A DNA stretch of 46,755 bases from Kiritimatiellia bacterium (GCA_017629735.1 JAGBWQ010000115.1:1-46755), one strand, 5' to 3'; positions 1 through 11,757 are shown, counted from the first letter of the stretch. Made by a program: numbers and translations. The notes: generated from the letters alone by a model not told the origin.

Positions 1-17
1 CTTGACTTTCTAGACAT

Positions 18-119
18 GTTGCACATGTTCCTATTTTACTACGGTGCACAGTATTTGACGAACGGGCCACTCTTGGAATGTTCCATTTTCTGAATTGGGT
101 GCACACTATTCTAACGAAT
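18..119. repeat. Direct repeats upstream of the ACT-thrC operon: GGTGCACA(G/C)TATT...ACGAA at 43-64 and 98-119 (start-to-start 55 bp), plus a degenerate copy GTTGCACATGTT at 18-29
   Basis: Read directly from the sequence. The 8-mer GGTGCACA is identical in both copies, followed by nTATT and ACGAA. Two ACATGT palindromes lie at 14-19 and 23-28. Non-coding region at the window edge. Confidence 0.5.
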
Positions 120-169
120 CGCGGCCATTAATTCTCGCGCTTTAGTTGGTGCCGCGAGGGCACTGGATA

Positions 170-178
170 TGGTATAAT
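170..178 (+). promoter_or_regulatory. Extended -10 promoter TGgTATAAT; only 7 nt separate it from the ATG at 186
   Basis: TGGTATAAT at 170-178. No Shine-Dalgarno between the box and the ATG. The same 9-mer grammar recurs at other unit heads. Confidence 0.55.
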
Positions 179-185
179 ATTCAAT

Positions 186-623
186 ATGCAAATCAGACAG
201 ATTTCTATTTTTATGCCTAACCGTCCGGGGCAGCTCAGCCAGATCTGCCGCGCGCTCTCACAGTCCGATATTAACATCGCTACATTGTCGCTTGCCGACA
301 CTAGCGATTTCGGTATTGTGAGATTGATTGTCGATGATCACGAGCGAGCCAAAGAAGTGCTCGAAAAGAATGGCCATGCAGTTACGGTTTCAGAAGTTGT
401 TGCTGTGTGCGTGCCAGATCGTCCAGGCGGAATGGCATCTGTGCTTCAGTGCCTCGACAAGGCTGGAGTGGATATTAATTATTCCTATGCCTTTTCCTTC
501 CATAAGGGCGAAAAAGCAGTTCTCGTGTTTAGGTTTGGCGATAATAGCGCCGCTGAACGCGCACTTGCGGAAGGTGGGTATGCCACATTAAACGAAGAAC
601 AAATTGGCGAAGCAGCAAAGTAA
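186..623 (+). CDS. ACT domain-containing protein (two ACT-like halves)
   Basis: 145-aa ORF. IFMPNRPGQLSQI...IATLSLADT and VCVPDRPGGMASV...INYSYAF resemble tandem ACT ligand-binding folds. Lies immediately upstream of thrC. Confidence 0.7.
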   Translation: MQIRQISIFMPNRPGQLSQICRALSQSDINIATLSLADTSDFGIVRLIVDDHERAKEVLEKNGHAVTVSEVVAVCVPDRPGGMASVLQCLDKAGVDINYSYAFSFHKGEKAVLVFRFGDNSAAERALAEGGYATLNEEQIGEAAK

Positions 624-624
624 G

Positions 625-2022
625 ATGAATTACATTTCTACAAGAAAAGGGTTTAGGGCTTCTGGGACTGAAACTGTTTTTCAGGGGCTCGCTCCAGATG
701 GCGGATTGTATCTTCCAGAGAAGATAGATGTTCTTCCGGGAATTAAAAATATTACTTCCCTCGCCCAGGCAGAAAAGGCCGTTCTCGACGCTCTTTTCGA
801 CGACTTCCCACCTGAGGTTCGCGAAGAGGCTCTTTCGCGTCTTATCTCGAGATTCCCAGCCGAAGATCCTGTGCCGCTCGTAAAGAAAGGGCCGTTCCAT
901 TTTCTCGAGCTCTTCCACGGAAGGACAGGCGCGTTTAAAGATGTGGCTCTCTCCATGCTTCCCGTCTTTATGCGTCACTCCGCAGCAGGTCGCCGCGTTC
1001 TCGTTCTTACTGCCACTAGCGGCGACACTGGCTCTGCCGCGATGCAGGGGTTCGCTGGTGTTGATGGCGCAGATATAATCGTTTTTTATCCTGCAACAGG
1101 CACATCTAGGATTCAGCGTCTTCAGATGACGACGCCGTCTCAGCCCAATGTTCGCGCAGTTGGTATTCGCGGCAATTTTGACGATGCTCAATCTGCCGTT
1201 AAGCGCATCTTCTCCGACCCTGCCATCGCAGCTGAGGCTGCCGCAAACGGAGTTGCGCTTTCCAGCGCCAATTCAATCAACACAGGCCGTCTCGTTCCTC
1301 AGATTGCCTACTACATTGTTGCAGCAGCTCGCTTTGATGGTCCTATTGATGTTGTAGTTCCCTCTGGGAATTTCGGCAACATTCTCGCCGCGTATTATGC
1401 GCGCCGCCTTGGTGCCAATATCCGCAAGCTTGTTGTCGCGTCTAATGTTAATGATGTTCTCCATCGTTTCGTTCAGACGGGCATCTACGATCCAGGTCCT
1501 AATTTCACTGTAACCAACTCTCCTTCGATGGATATTCGCCGTTCTTCGAATGTCGAGCGCCTTCTTTGGGAGTTGAATTACGATGGCGATGTGGAAGCTG
1601 CCTGCGCGGAGACGCTGCGCCTTGTGACCGATCTTGACACGAAGGGTCGTTACGAGCTTTCACCGTCTGCAAAGGAAAAACTCTTCGCTCTCTTCTCTGG
1701 TGGAGTCGCGACCCCAGATGAGACAGAGGAGGAGATGCGCCGCGTCAAGGCAGAGTCGGATTATCTTATCGATCCGCACACCGCCGTTGCGTCGTTCGTT
1801 GCAAGAAAGCTTTCTCTTGGTGCAGATGGCATTCCATGCATTATCGCAGCGACTGCCACTCCGCACAAGTTTTTGGAGACATGCCGCAGAGCGTTCGGTG
1901 GCGATGTTCTTGGCGAGGCGCCAGAGTCGTTCAAGGCTCTTGAAGAAATGCCCGAAGTCCAGACGCGCGTTTGCGATGTCGCAGGCATGCCCGATGAAGT
2001 AAGGCTTCTTTTTCACAAATAA
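625..2022 (+). CDS. thrC: Threonine synthase (long form)
   Basis: MNYISTRKG N-terminus typical of the family. PLP-lysine motif FHGRTGAFKD. I prefer ATG 625 to the ORF-track TTG at 604, which lies inside the ACT gene. Confidence 0.9.
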   Translation: MNYISTRKGFRASGTETVFQGLAPDGGLYLPEKIDVLPGIKNITSLAQAEKAVLDALFDDFPPEVREEALSRLISRFPAEDPVPLVKKGPFHFLELFHGRTGAFKDVALSMLPVFMRHSAAGRRVLVLTATSGDTGSAAMQGFAGVDGADIIVFYPATGTSRIQRLQMTTPSQPNVRAVGIRGNFDDAQSAVKRIFSDPAIAAEAAANGVALSSANSINTGRLVPQIAYYIVAAARFDGPIDVVVPSGNFGNILAAYYARRLGANIRKLVVASNVNDVLHRFVQTGIYDPGPNFTVTNSPSMDIRRSSNVERLLWELNYDGDVEAACAETLRLVTDLDTKGRYELSPSAKEKLFALFSGGVATPDETEEEMRRVKAESDYLIDPHTAVASFVARKLSLGADGIPCIIAATATPHKFLETCRRAFGGDVLGEAPESFKALEEMPEVQTRVCDVAGMPDEVRLLFHK

Positions 2023-2033
2023 GGGAGATACAG

Positions 2034-3485
2034 GTGAAGTTTCTTTCGTCTCTTATGGCAGTCGCCTTTTTTCCGTGCATAGCGGGGGCGGCTGTCATTT
2101 GGACTGAAAAAGAGACTCTCGCACCTGGTGTTGCGGTTCTTTCGGCCAAAGTAAAGGAGCCGAGAGAAATTCGCTACACAGCGGTGCGCATCGATGTGAA
2201 GCTTTCAGACGCTCATTTCTTTGCCACTGGCCGTGCGTCTGGGTATGGACGTCCGCTGGAAGATGCTCCAACGCTTTATAATTCGCGCGAAGAGAAGATT
2301 CTGCCTGCAGATGTTCGCACGAAGCGCGAAACGCCTGCTGAGTTTATGCAGAATGGTGGTAAAGCTGCCGTTATCGCATTTGCCACGCGCGCCACACGCC
2401 GTCCGTATTCGGGAGATTATGCCGACCCGAGGGGGCTTTATATAACCGATGGTGTAATCGTTTCCAATGCAAAGCATGGGCGAGGGCCTGTTTTTGTGGT
2501 TCGCAGGAATGGCGATCTTGAAATTGCAGATCGCATAATGCCTTCTGAAATATCTGATATTCTCGTGGCGCAGACGGGCGATATAGTGATTCGCCGCGAC
2601 GGAAGAGATGTCGTTTCGCCTGAGCGTCGTACGGTTGCGCCGTGTCTTGCCCTTGGATTGGCAAAGGGCGGGAAGGTTGTCTATATTGTCAGTGCCGACG
2701 ACGGAAAGGCTCTTGCTGCGAAGACGGGTGCTGATTACCACGAGATGAATGAAGCTTTTGAGTCGCTTGGCGTAGCTGATGCAATCAGTTTTGAGCATGG
2801 CGGTTGCATTGGCATTTTTGCCGCGAGCGCCTCTGGAGTGCGACAGATAAATCAGATTGGCTCAAGCATGAATAAGTCTAAGGCTATTTCTTGTTTGGGC
2901 ATTTCGCTCGGCAAGCCCAAGGGGAGAAAGCCTCCGCGTGAGGTTGTAAATCCTACGCAAATCGAAGGCTCGTTCTCGTCGCCGAAAGTAGTGGCGGTTA
3001 AGGGAGGTTCGCGTTTTAAGTCGACTGCTCTTCGCGTTCAGGCGAGAGTAAACATCGATAGCGATCTTCAACGCATAAAGCGTCCTGTCTTAAGCGTTTC
3101 TGCGCTTTTTGACATTGGTGGGCTTTGGAAAAGTTACGATGTGGTGCTTGTTGACCAAAAGGTTTCTCACGGCGTTAATATCGGTCCAGAACATACGCCT
3201 GCCGGAGTTTCTATGTGGCAGCCTGAGGTTTCTGTATCAGAATGGCGCAAGGCTGTTTTTGGCGATGCGCGCAAAGGTCTTTTTTCGGAGTGCGGAATTC
3301 CGGCTTCTTCTGCGAAGCTTATTGCCTACAGGCTTGAGTTGTGGCAGAACGGGGGCCTAGTTGCCGTGCATGAATCGGATCGGAGGAACACCAAGAAATG
3401 CGGCGTTCCGGAAGATTGGTATGTTAAGGGCAAGTACAGCGGCAAAATAACTTACCGCTGGCCGCCTCCACCAGAGAAAAATTGA
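2034..3485 (+). CDS. Secreted phosphodiester glycosidase-like protein (NAGPA/DUF2233-like core) with an unknown C-terminal domain
   Basis: GTG start preceded by AAGGGAG. Signal peptide MKFLSSLMAVAFFPCIAGA. Central region (GLYITDGVIV...RTVAPCLALGL...VSADDGK...FEHGGC) resembles the phosphodiester glycosidase fold. The last ~170 aa are unrecognised. Confidence 0.45.
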   Translation: MKFLSSLMAVAFFPCIAGAAVIWTEKETLAPGVAVLSAKVKEPREIRYTAVRIDVKLSDAHFFATGRASGYGRPLEDAPTLYNSREEKILPADVRTKRETPAEFMQNGGKAAVIAFATRATRRPYSGDYADPRGLYITDGVIVSNAKHGRGPVFVVRRNGDLEIADRIMPSEISDILVAQTGDIVIRRDGRDVVSPERRTVAPCLALGLAKGGKVVYIVSADDGKALAAKTGADYHEMNEAFESLGVADAISFEHGGCIGIFAASASGVRQINQIGSSMNKSKAISCLGISLGKPKGRKPPREVVNPTQIEGSFSSPKVVAVKGGSRFKSTALRVQARVNIDSDLQRIKRPVLSVSALFDIGGLWKSYDVVLVDQKVSHGVNIGPEHTPAGVSMWQPEVSVSEWRKAVFGDARKGLFSECGIPASSAKLIAYRLELWQNGGLVAVHESDRRNTKKCGVPEDWYVKGKYSGKITYRWPPPPEKN

Positions 3486-3493
3486 GTAAAGAT

Positions 3494-4111
3494 ATGGGCA
3501 GCAAAAAACATAAGACAGCCGTCGTAAACGGCGTTAAGATTTCTGAGCAGGCAGTTTCGTTTGAGCTCGATAGGCTCGTAAGGTTTTATGCAGAGCACGG
3601 TGTTTCTGCAGAAGAGGTGCGTGGTTGCATGAGTCTTCTTCGCGAGAAGGCGCTTGAACAGGCCATTGGCGCAAAGCTTCTTCTCGACCGCTCGCAGGAG
3701 CTTGATATTCAGGTTACAGCCGCAGATATCGATGCTGAAGTGGAGAAGGTTGTCTCCCAGGTCGGCGGTCGCGACAATTACGTTGCGGCGCTCAAGGCGC
3801 AGGGAGTTTCCGAGAGCGATTTCCGCCGCGAGCTTGAAAAGGGCGCGAAGGTAAACAAACTTGTTGAGCGGGCGTGTTCCGCTGTGCCAGAGCCCGAGGA
3901 GCGCGAGATTGAGGCATTCTTTGCGGCGCACAAGGCCGATTACGCTTCCGTGAATCAGACTTTCGTCGATGCGCGCGATGGAATTCGTGATCTTCTTCGC
4001 CACCAGGCACGCGGCAAAGCGATGGACGCTTTTGTTCGCGAATTGCGTGCGACTGCCACCGTGGAGTTTGTTGACAACGAATGTTCCTGCTGCGGACACG
4101 ATCATGACTGA
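3494..4111 (+). CDS. SurA/PpiD N-terminal-domain-like chaperone without signal peptide or PPIase domain, ending in a Cys/His tail CSCCGHDHD
   Basis: Pattern AVVNGVKISEQ...ALEQAIGAKLLLDRSQELDIQVTAADIDAEV...ALKAQGVSESDFRRELE matches SurA_N-type chaperone domains. ATG 3494 is preferred to TTG 3482. The stop overlaps the next start. Confidence 0.5.
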   Translation: MGSKKHKTAVVNGVKISEQAVSFELDRLVRFYAEHGVSAEEVRGCMSLLREKALEQAIGAKLLLDRSQELDIQVTAADIDAEVEKVVSQVGGRDNYVAALKAQGVSESDFRRELEKGAKVNKLVERACSAVPEPEEREIEAFFAAHKADYASVNQTFVDARDGIRDLLRHQARGKAMDAFVRELRATATVEFVDNECSCCGHDHD

Positions 4112-4970
4112 GCTTGAAATTACATCACCTAGCAATCCGCGCCTGAAGCATGTCGTAAAGCTTCGGAATAGGCGCGAGCGTGATGAATCTCACGAGATGA
4201 TCGTCGAGGGATATCGCGAGTGCAGAAGGGCGCTTGACTGCGGTTACAAGCCGAACGCGCTCTTTCATTGCCCTGAGATGTATCTCAAAAACGAAAACGA
4301 AAAATCTCTTATTGCAGATTGCGCCGCACTTGGAGCGAAGGTGTTTTCCTGTTCGCGTACTTGCTTCGAAAAGATTGCGTACAAGGAGAGGCCTGACGGG
4401 CTTCTTATGGTTGGCCCTCATGTTTCTGTTTCCTTGGAGGATATTGTCCTTCCAGAAAATGCACTTGTGATCGTTACGGAGGGCATTGAAAAGCCAGGTA
4501 ATCTCGGGACGATTTTAAGGTCTGCAGATGCAGCGAAGGCAGCTGCGGTAATCGTATGCGACAAGGTTACAGATGTCCATAACCCCAATGTAGTGCGTGC
4601 GTCAACAGGCGCGCTTTTCTCGGTGCCAGTGGTTGAGACAACGAGCGACAAAGCATTGGAGTTTCTTAAGAAAAATTCGTTTTCTATTTTGGCGGCATCT
4701 CCGCACGCAGAGCGCCTTCATTTTGAAGCAGATCTCACAGGCTCTGTGGCGGTTGCGCTTGGTGCGGAGCAGTATGGCCTTACGGCGAAGTGGATGGATG
4801 GCGCAGATTTGCGCGTTCGTATTCCTATGCTTGGGCTTGCCGATTCTCTTAATGTCAGCGCGGCAGCCACGATTCTTGTGCACGAGGCCGTGCGCCAACG
4901 CATAACTGCAGGGAAGGTTGCAGTGCCTGCGTTCGTTCCGTGGCATGGCGAAGGAAAGATTGATCATTGA
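4104..4970 (+). CDS. TrmH/SpoU-family RNA 2-prime-O-methyltransferase
   Basis: GNLGTILRSADAA and SLNVSAAATI motifs of SPOUT methyltransferases. Start moved to ATG 4104 (MTELEITSPSNPRLKH), which removes a 45-codon extension overlapping the upstream gene. Confidence 0.8.
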   Translation: MTELEITSPSNPRLKHVVKLRNRRERDESHEMIVEGYRECRRALDCGYKPNALFHCPEMYLKNENEKSLIADCAALGAKVFSCSRTCFEKIAYKERPDGLLMVGPHVSVSLEDIVLPENALVIVTEGIEKPGNLGTILRSADAAKAAAVIVCDKVTDVHNPNVVRASTGALFSVPVVETTSDKALEFLKKNSFSILAASPHAERLHFEADLTGSVAVALGAEQYGLTAKWMDGADLRVRIPMLGLADSLNVSAAATILVHEAVRQRITAGKVAVPAFVPWHGEGKIDH

Positions 4971-4985
4971 TAAGGAGGTCGTATT

Positions 4986-5765
4986 ATGTCTAAAATTCAC
5001 CCTACAGCGATTGTTGAAGACGGCGCAATTCTTGGTGCCGATGTCGAGATTGGCCCTTATGCTAGCATTGGGCGCGACGTGAAGCTTGGTGACGGTGTCA
5101 TCGTTAAGCAGGGCGCAATTATCGACGGTCACACGACCATCGGCGAGATGAGCCAGATATTCCCATATGCTTGCATTGGTATGAAGACGCAAGATCTTAA
5201 ATATCAGGAAGGCTCTGTGTCGTATGTCGAGATCGGCAAGCGCACCGTGATTCGCGAGTTTGCTACTGTCCATCTCGGAACGGCAGATGGGGAAAAGACG
5301 ATTATCGGAGACGACTGCCTTTTTATGTGCTATTGCCACGCTGCGCATGGTGTGATCCTTGGCAATCATGTGATCTGCTCCAATTCTGTTCAGCTCGCCG
5401 GTGATGTTCATCTCGAAGATTGGGCAATCGTCGGAGGCTGTAGCGCAAGCCATCAGTTCTGCACGGTTGGTCGCCACGCGATGGTCGGCGGAATGTGTAA
5501 GATTCGTCAGGATATTCCGCCGTATATGCTTTGCGATATGTCGGAAGGCACGATGAAGGTTATTGGTGTAAATGTTGTGGGTCTTACGCGTAGGGGTGTT
5601 GCTAAGGATTCTGTGCAAGCTCTTAAGGAAGCGCATAGATTCATCTACCGCGAAGGGCTCAATCGTTCGCAGGCTCTCGACCGTGTCGAGCACGATATTG
5701 AGCAGGTCGAGGAAGTCAAACACCTCGTGTCTTTCTACCGCAATTCTCAGCGTGGCGTAGCTTGA
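4986..5765 (+). CDS. lpxA: Acyl-ACP--UDP-N-acetylglucosamine O-acyltransferase
   Basis: MSKIHPTAIVEDGAILGADVEIGPYASIG hexapeptide-repeat N-terminus and overall LpxA length. AAGGAGG Shine-Dalgarno upstream. Confidence 0.9.
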   Translation: MSKIHPTAIVEDGAILGADVEIGPYASIGRDVKLGDGVIVKQGAIIDGHTTIGEMSQIFPYACIGMKTQDLKYQEGSVSYVEIGKRTVIREFATVHLGTADGEKTIIGDDCLFMCYCHAAHGVILGNHVICSNSVQLAGDVHLEDWAIVGGCSASHQFCTVGRHAMVGGMCKIRQDIPPYMLCDMSEGTMKVIGVNVVGLTRRGVAKDSVQALKEAHRFIYREGLNRSQALDRVEHDIEQVEEVKHLVSFYRNSQRGVA

Positions 5766-5775
5766 TTTTCTGCCT

Positions 5776-8081
<2,306 letters not shown>

Positions 8082-8083
8082 GG

Positions 8084-9346
8084 TTGAAAGTGGCGTCGCG
8101 GCAGAAAAATTCTCCGACTCTTGCTCTCGTCTCGCTCGGTTGTGCGAAGAACGCGGCGGATCTTGAAGTCATTGCCGGAAATATGATAAAGGGCGGGTGG
8201 GTTCTCTCTCCTGATCCTGATTGTGCCGATGCAGTTATCGTCAATACTTGTTCGTTTATTGCCTCGGCTCGTGAGGAAGCAGAGGCGGAAATCCGCCGCG
8301 CGCTTGCGCTTAAGAGCGAAGGTGCATATGGGCAAGTTTTTGTGACGGGCTGCTATCCACAGCGTTATCCGGATGCCGTTTCTTTGTTTCCAGGTGTAGA
8401 TGGTTGGACTGGAGTGCCGAATAAGTGGATTGAGCCGAAGTTGCCGGCGCTGCGCTTTACAGGCAAAGCCTTTGCGTATCTTAAGATAGCAGAGGGGTGC
8501 AATCATCGTTGTTCGTATTGCGCAATCCCATGCATTAGAGGGTCGTATCGCTCGCGCCCGATGAAGTCGATTCTTCGCGAAGCTCGTGCGCTTATCGAGA
8601 CGGGGTGTCGCGAATTGAATATTGTCGCGCAAGATCCGATGCCGTGGAGGGACGGGCGGAAGAGACTTGTCGATTTGCTTGAGGCTATCGATGCGATTCC
8701 TGGCGATTTCTGGGTGAGAGTTCTTTATACTTATCCGTCTGAAATTGACGCCGACTTTATTGCGTGGATGATTACATCTAAACATGCGGCAAGATATGTC
8801 GATATGCCGGTGCAGCATACAGATGTAGATGTCCTTGAGAGAATGAACCGCGCAAGTACGGCGGAGGCGGTGTTGCTGCTTCCCGACGAGTTGCGCTCTC
8901 TTGTTCCAGGGATTACATTGCGCACAACTGTCATGACAGGTTTCCCGGGCGAGACGCCTTTGCGCTTCCGCAAGATGCTTGCCGATTTAAAGCGCATACA
9001 GTTTGATCATCTTGGAGCATTTGCCTATTCTCCCGAGAAGGGGACAAAAGGAGCGCAAATGTCTTCGCGTCCACCGCGTGCTGTTGCGGAAGAGCGCGAG
9101 AGACTTGTCATGGAGCAGCAAAAGGTAATATGGAATTGCCGCGCAAAGAGAATGGTTGGCTCTGTCCGCAAAGCTCTTGTTGTTGCGCCTGGAGTTGCGA
9201 GAATGGAATCGCAAGCTCCTGATGTTGATGGAGTTACTCTCGTCAAGGGAGTTGGCGCAGAGGAAGTAGGCTCCTTCATTGATGTTAAGATCAAAAAGAT
9301 TAAAGGCTTTGATTTTATCGCTGAAAAAGCGAGGCAGAAGAAATGA
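8084..9346 (+). CDS. rimO: Ribosomal protein S12 methylthiotransferase
   Basis: MTTase N-domain LVSLGCAKNAADLE. Radical-SAM CNHRCSYCAIP. C-terminal TRAM-like region. Start is TTG 8084 or GTG 8090. Confidence 0.85.
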   Translation: MKVASRQKNSPTLALVSLGCAKNAADLEVIAGNMIKGGWVLSPDPDCADAVIVNTCSFIASAREEAEAEIRRALALKSEGAYGQVFVTGCYPQRYPDAVSLFPGVDGWTGVPNKWIEPKLPALRFTGKAFAYLKIAEGCNHRCSYCAIPCIRGSYRSRPMKSILREARALIETGCRELNIVAQDPMPWRDGRKRLVDLLEAIDAIPGDFWVRVLYTYPSEIDADFIAWMITSKHAARYVDMPVQHTDVDVLERMNRASTAEAVLLLPDELRSLVPGITLRTTVMTGFPGETPLRFRKMLADLKRIQFDHLGAFAYSPEKGTKGAQMSSRPPRAVAEERERLVMEQQKVIWNCRAKRMVGSVRKALVVAPGVARMESQAPDVDGVTLVKGVGAEEVGSFIDVKIKKIKGFDFIAEKARQKK

Positions 9347-9954
9347 GTGAGACTCTTTCTTTTTCGCTTGTAGAGATTTTTGAATCTTTGCAGGGCGAGG
9401 GACGCAATTTTGGGCGGCCATGTGTTTTTGTTCGTTTTGCTGGTTGTAATCTGTCTTGCTCTTGGTGCGATACTGATTGCAAAGAAAAATTCAGGTCGTC
9501 ACTTCCAGATCTTGTTGCGGAAATATCTTCCTTCAAGGCACGGAGCGTTGTTCTTACTGGTGGCGAGCCGACGATCGTAGAGGGAATGCCGGAGCTAGTT
9601 GCATCGCTTAAGGAGGCAGGCTTTTGGATTGCTGTCGAGACGAATGGCGTTAAAGACGCTTCTTGGCTTTCGTTCGTTGATTATGTCGCTTGCTCGCCAA
9701 AGGTGGAATATGCGCATCTTTATGACTCTCCCATGTCTTTGAAAGCGGCCGATGAAGTGCGTGTTGTCGCGTCGTCGCCCGCGTCGGCAGATTTTTGTCG
9801 TTCAATTCGCGAGAAGATTGCTGCTACGGATTATTATGTTTCGCCTTGCGATCGCGATGGTAAGATGGATTTCGCCACTGCCAAGTCGGTTATTTCCGAG
9901 CTTGGCAACTGGTCGCTTTCTGTGCAGTTTCATAAAATACTCGGCTTTAGATAA
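9343..9954 (+). CDS. queE: 7-carboxy-7-deazaguanine synthase
   Basis: EIFESLQGEGRNFGRPCVFVRFAGCNLSCSWCDT (radical-SAM CxxxCxxC in QueE context). ATGA overlap with rimO. Confidence 0.85.
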   Translation: MSETLSFSLVEIFESLQGEGRNFGRPCVFVRFAGCNLSCSWCDTDCKEKFRSSLPDLVAEISSFKARSVVLTGGEPTIVEGMPELVASLKEAGFWIAVETNGVKDASWLSFVDYVACSPKVEYAHLYDSPMSLKAADEVRVVASSPASADFCRSIREKIAATDYYVSPCDRDGKMDFATAKSVISELGNWSLSVQFHKILGFR

Positions 9955-9972
9955 AAGATAAGGAAAAGGAAA

Positions 9973-11757
9973 ATGACAAATACGATAGCGCTTTCGTTTA
10001 TCGCACTTCAGCTTGTGTGCGCGCAACCGGGAGGCTGGAAGTTTTCACACAATCTTGTAGAATTAGAGAATGGTGTGGAAGAGCTTACTATTGAGCTTAA
10101 TAACGATACAGTCTCTGCGCCTCCTGAGTTTACTGTGAAGTGGAAAATGCCTCAGCGCGATATTCCGCATCTTTGGCATGTTGCTATGGGGCATGGTGGT
10201 ATTGCGCCAGATTGGGCTAGTTGGCGCGAGTCTACATCGTGGCTTTGCTCACGCGCACCAGTCTATGCGTTCTACTCCGATGAGAATGAGAACCGTCTTG
10301 TGACGGCAGTTGATGATGCAAAGCGTGAGGTTTCTTATAGCGCAGGCTTCATTGAGCATACGGCTGAAATTGATTGCAGGTGGAGGTTCTTCTTTAAGAA
10401 GTCTCCGAGCTCAAAGTATGAGCGTGTGCGCATTCGCTTTGACCGTAGAAAGAAGTTTTGGTCTGATGCAGTTCAAGATGCTTTCACTTGGATAACATCG
10501 CTTCCAGGTAATGCAACAATGCCTGTTCCTGCAGCTGCGTACAAGCCTCTTTATTCGGCATGGTACACATTCCACCGCGATGTCTTTGCCGATCAGATCG
10601 AGGCAGAGTGCGTTGAGGCGGCCAAGCTTGGTATGAAGACTCTTATTGTGGATGACGGGTGGCAGATGCAAGATGCTCTCGTCGGGTCTTCTGGCTACGA
10701 TTATTGCGGCGATTGGGAGATGTCTTTAAAGCGCTTCCCTAATATGAAAGAGCATGTTAAAAGAGTTCAGTCTCTTGGCATGAAGTACATGCTTTGGTAT
10801 TCCGTACCTTATGTTGGAATTAGATCCAAGGCTGCACAGAAATTTAAAGGTAAGTTCCTTCGCGAGCCGCGCCTTAAGAGCGGCGGAGGGCATGGCGCAG
10901 GCGTGCTTGACCCGCGTTTCCCAGAGGTGCGCGAATATCTTGCGGGCATTTACGAGAAGGCGATGCTTGAATGGGGTCTTGATGGGCTTAAGCTCGACTT
11001 TATCGATTCGTTCAGCGGTGGCGTAGAGGCGAGACCTGGAGACGGGCGCGATATCGCAAGTGTGGCAGAGGCAGTCGATGTATTGATGACCGATGTCTCA
11101 AAGAGGCTTCAGGCTATTAAGAGCGATGTGCTTATAGAGTTCCGTCAGAGCTATATCGGGCCTTTCATCCGTAAGTTTGGTAATATGCTGCGCGTTGCAG
11201 ATTGCCCAGGCGATATGACGGTAAATCGTTCAGGTGTAGCGTCGTTGCGCCTTTCGAGCGGAAATACTGCAGTTCATGCTGATATGCTTGAATGGCACTT
11301 TTCTGATACTGCGGAGAATGCGGCGCGTTTCATTCTCAACACGATTTTCGGCACAGTTCAGTATTCGGTGATGCTTCGCAAACTTCCTGAGAGCCATCGA
11401 GAGATGGTGCGCCATTGGATTGAATTCTCAGTAGCGCACGAGGAGGCTCTGCAGCACGGCTCCTTTAGGGCTTATTGGCCGCATCTTGGCTGGCCATATC
11501 TCGTTGGAGAGAGCGCAAAGGAGCGTATTATTGGAGTTTATGCTTCAGGCCTCGTTGCAGAGGCCGGATCTGCCGATAGAGATGTCTATATATTGAATGC
11601 TACGCAGGCGCAGACGCTTACCGTGCGTCTTTCTAAGGCATCGACCGTGCAGGTGGTGGATACATTTGGTAAGGCGTTTGGCGAAGCGATTAAGCTGCCT
11701 GCAGGGCTTAATGATATCAAGTGCCCGCCGTCTGGATACATAAAAATCAGCAAGTGA
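9973..11757 (+). CDS. Alpha-galactosidase-like glycoside hydrolase (GH36/GH27 clan)
   Basis: KTLIVDDGWQ and GLKLDFID motifs typical of clan GH-D alpha-galactosidases. N-terminal hydrophobic leader. Confidence 0.65.
   Translation: MTNTIALSFIALQLVCAQPGGWKFSHNLVELENGVEELTIELNNDTVSAPPEFTVKWKMPQRDIPHLWHVAMGHGGIAPDWASWRESTSWLCSRAPVYAFYSDENENRLVTAVDDAKREVSYSAGFIEHTAEIDCRWRFFFKKSPSSKYERVRIRFDRRKKFWSDAVQDAFTWITSLPGNATMPVPAAAYKPLYSAWYTFHRDVFADQIEAECVEAAKLGMKTLIVDDGWQMQDALVGSSGYDYCGDWEMSLKRFPNMKEHVKRVQSLGMKYMLWYSVPYVGIRSKAAQKFKGKFLREPRLKSGGGHGAGVLDPRFPEVREYLAGIYEKAMLEWGLDGLKLDFIDSFSGGVEARPGDGRDIASVAEAVDVLMTDVSKRLQAIKSDVLIEFRQSYIGPFIRKFGNMLRVADCPGDMTVNRSGVASLRLSSGNTAVHADMLEWHFSDTAENAARFILNTIFGTVQYSVMLRKLPESHREMVRHWIEFSVAHEEALQHGSFRAYWPHLGWPYLVGESAKERIIGVYASGLVAEAGSADRDVYILNATQAQTLTVRLSKASTVQVVDTFGKAFGEAIKLPAGLNDIKCPPSGYIKISK

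Noticed and set aside
3969-4103. N-terminal extensions in the ORF track: 3969 (trmH-like), 604 (thrC), 14484 (pseudopilin), 21226 (GH78), 29003 (nrdR), 31573 (DD-carboxypeptidase) and 41021 (galM).
   Set aside because: The extensions overlap upstream genes or promoters, have no Shine-Dalgarno, and add sequence absent from family N-termini. In each case an internal ATG gives the expected N-terminus, signal peptide or ATGA coupling.
4602-5723. Long antisense ORFs opposite well-supported genes. Examples are 4602-5723 (373 aa), 6342-7394 (350 aa), 7988-8818, 19117-19923, 20422-21594 (390 aa), 24558-25667 (369 aa), 27523-28389, 34185-34898 and 40976-42064 (362 aa).
   Set aside because: Each lies fully opposite a gene with unmistakable family motifs (lpxA, gyrB, rimO, parE, phosphatase, folD, nagB, galM). 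Their translations are low-complexity and Arg/Cys/His-rich with no recognisable motifs. Long antisense frames are expected opposite codon-biased genes.
8353-8360. DnaA-box-like TATCCACA inside rimO, given that gyrB is nearby.
   Set aside because: It is a single occurrence within coding sequence. There is no cluster of boxes, no AT-rich unwinding element and no dnaA or dnaN nearby, so there is no support for an origin.
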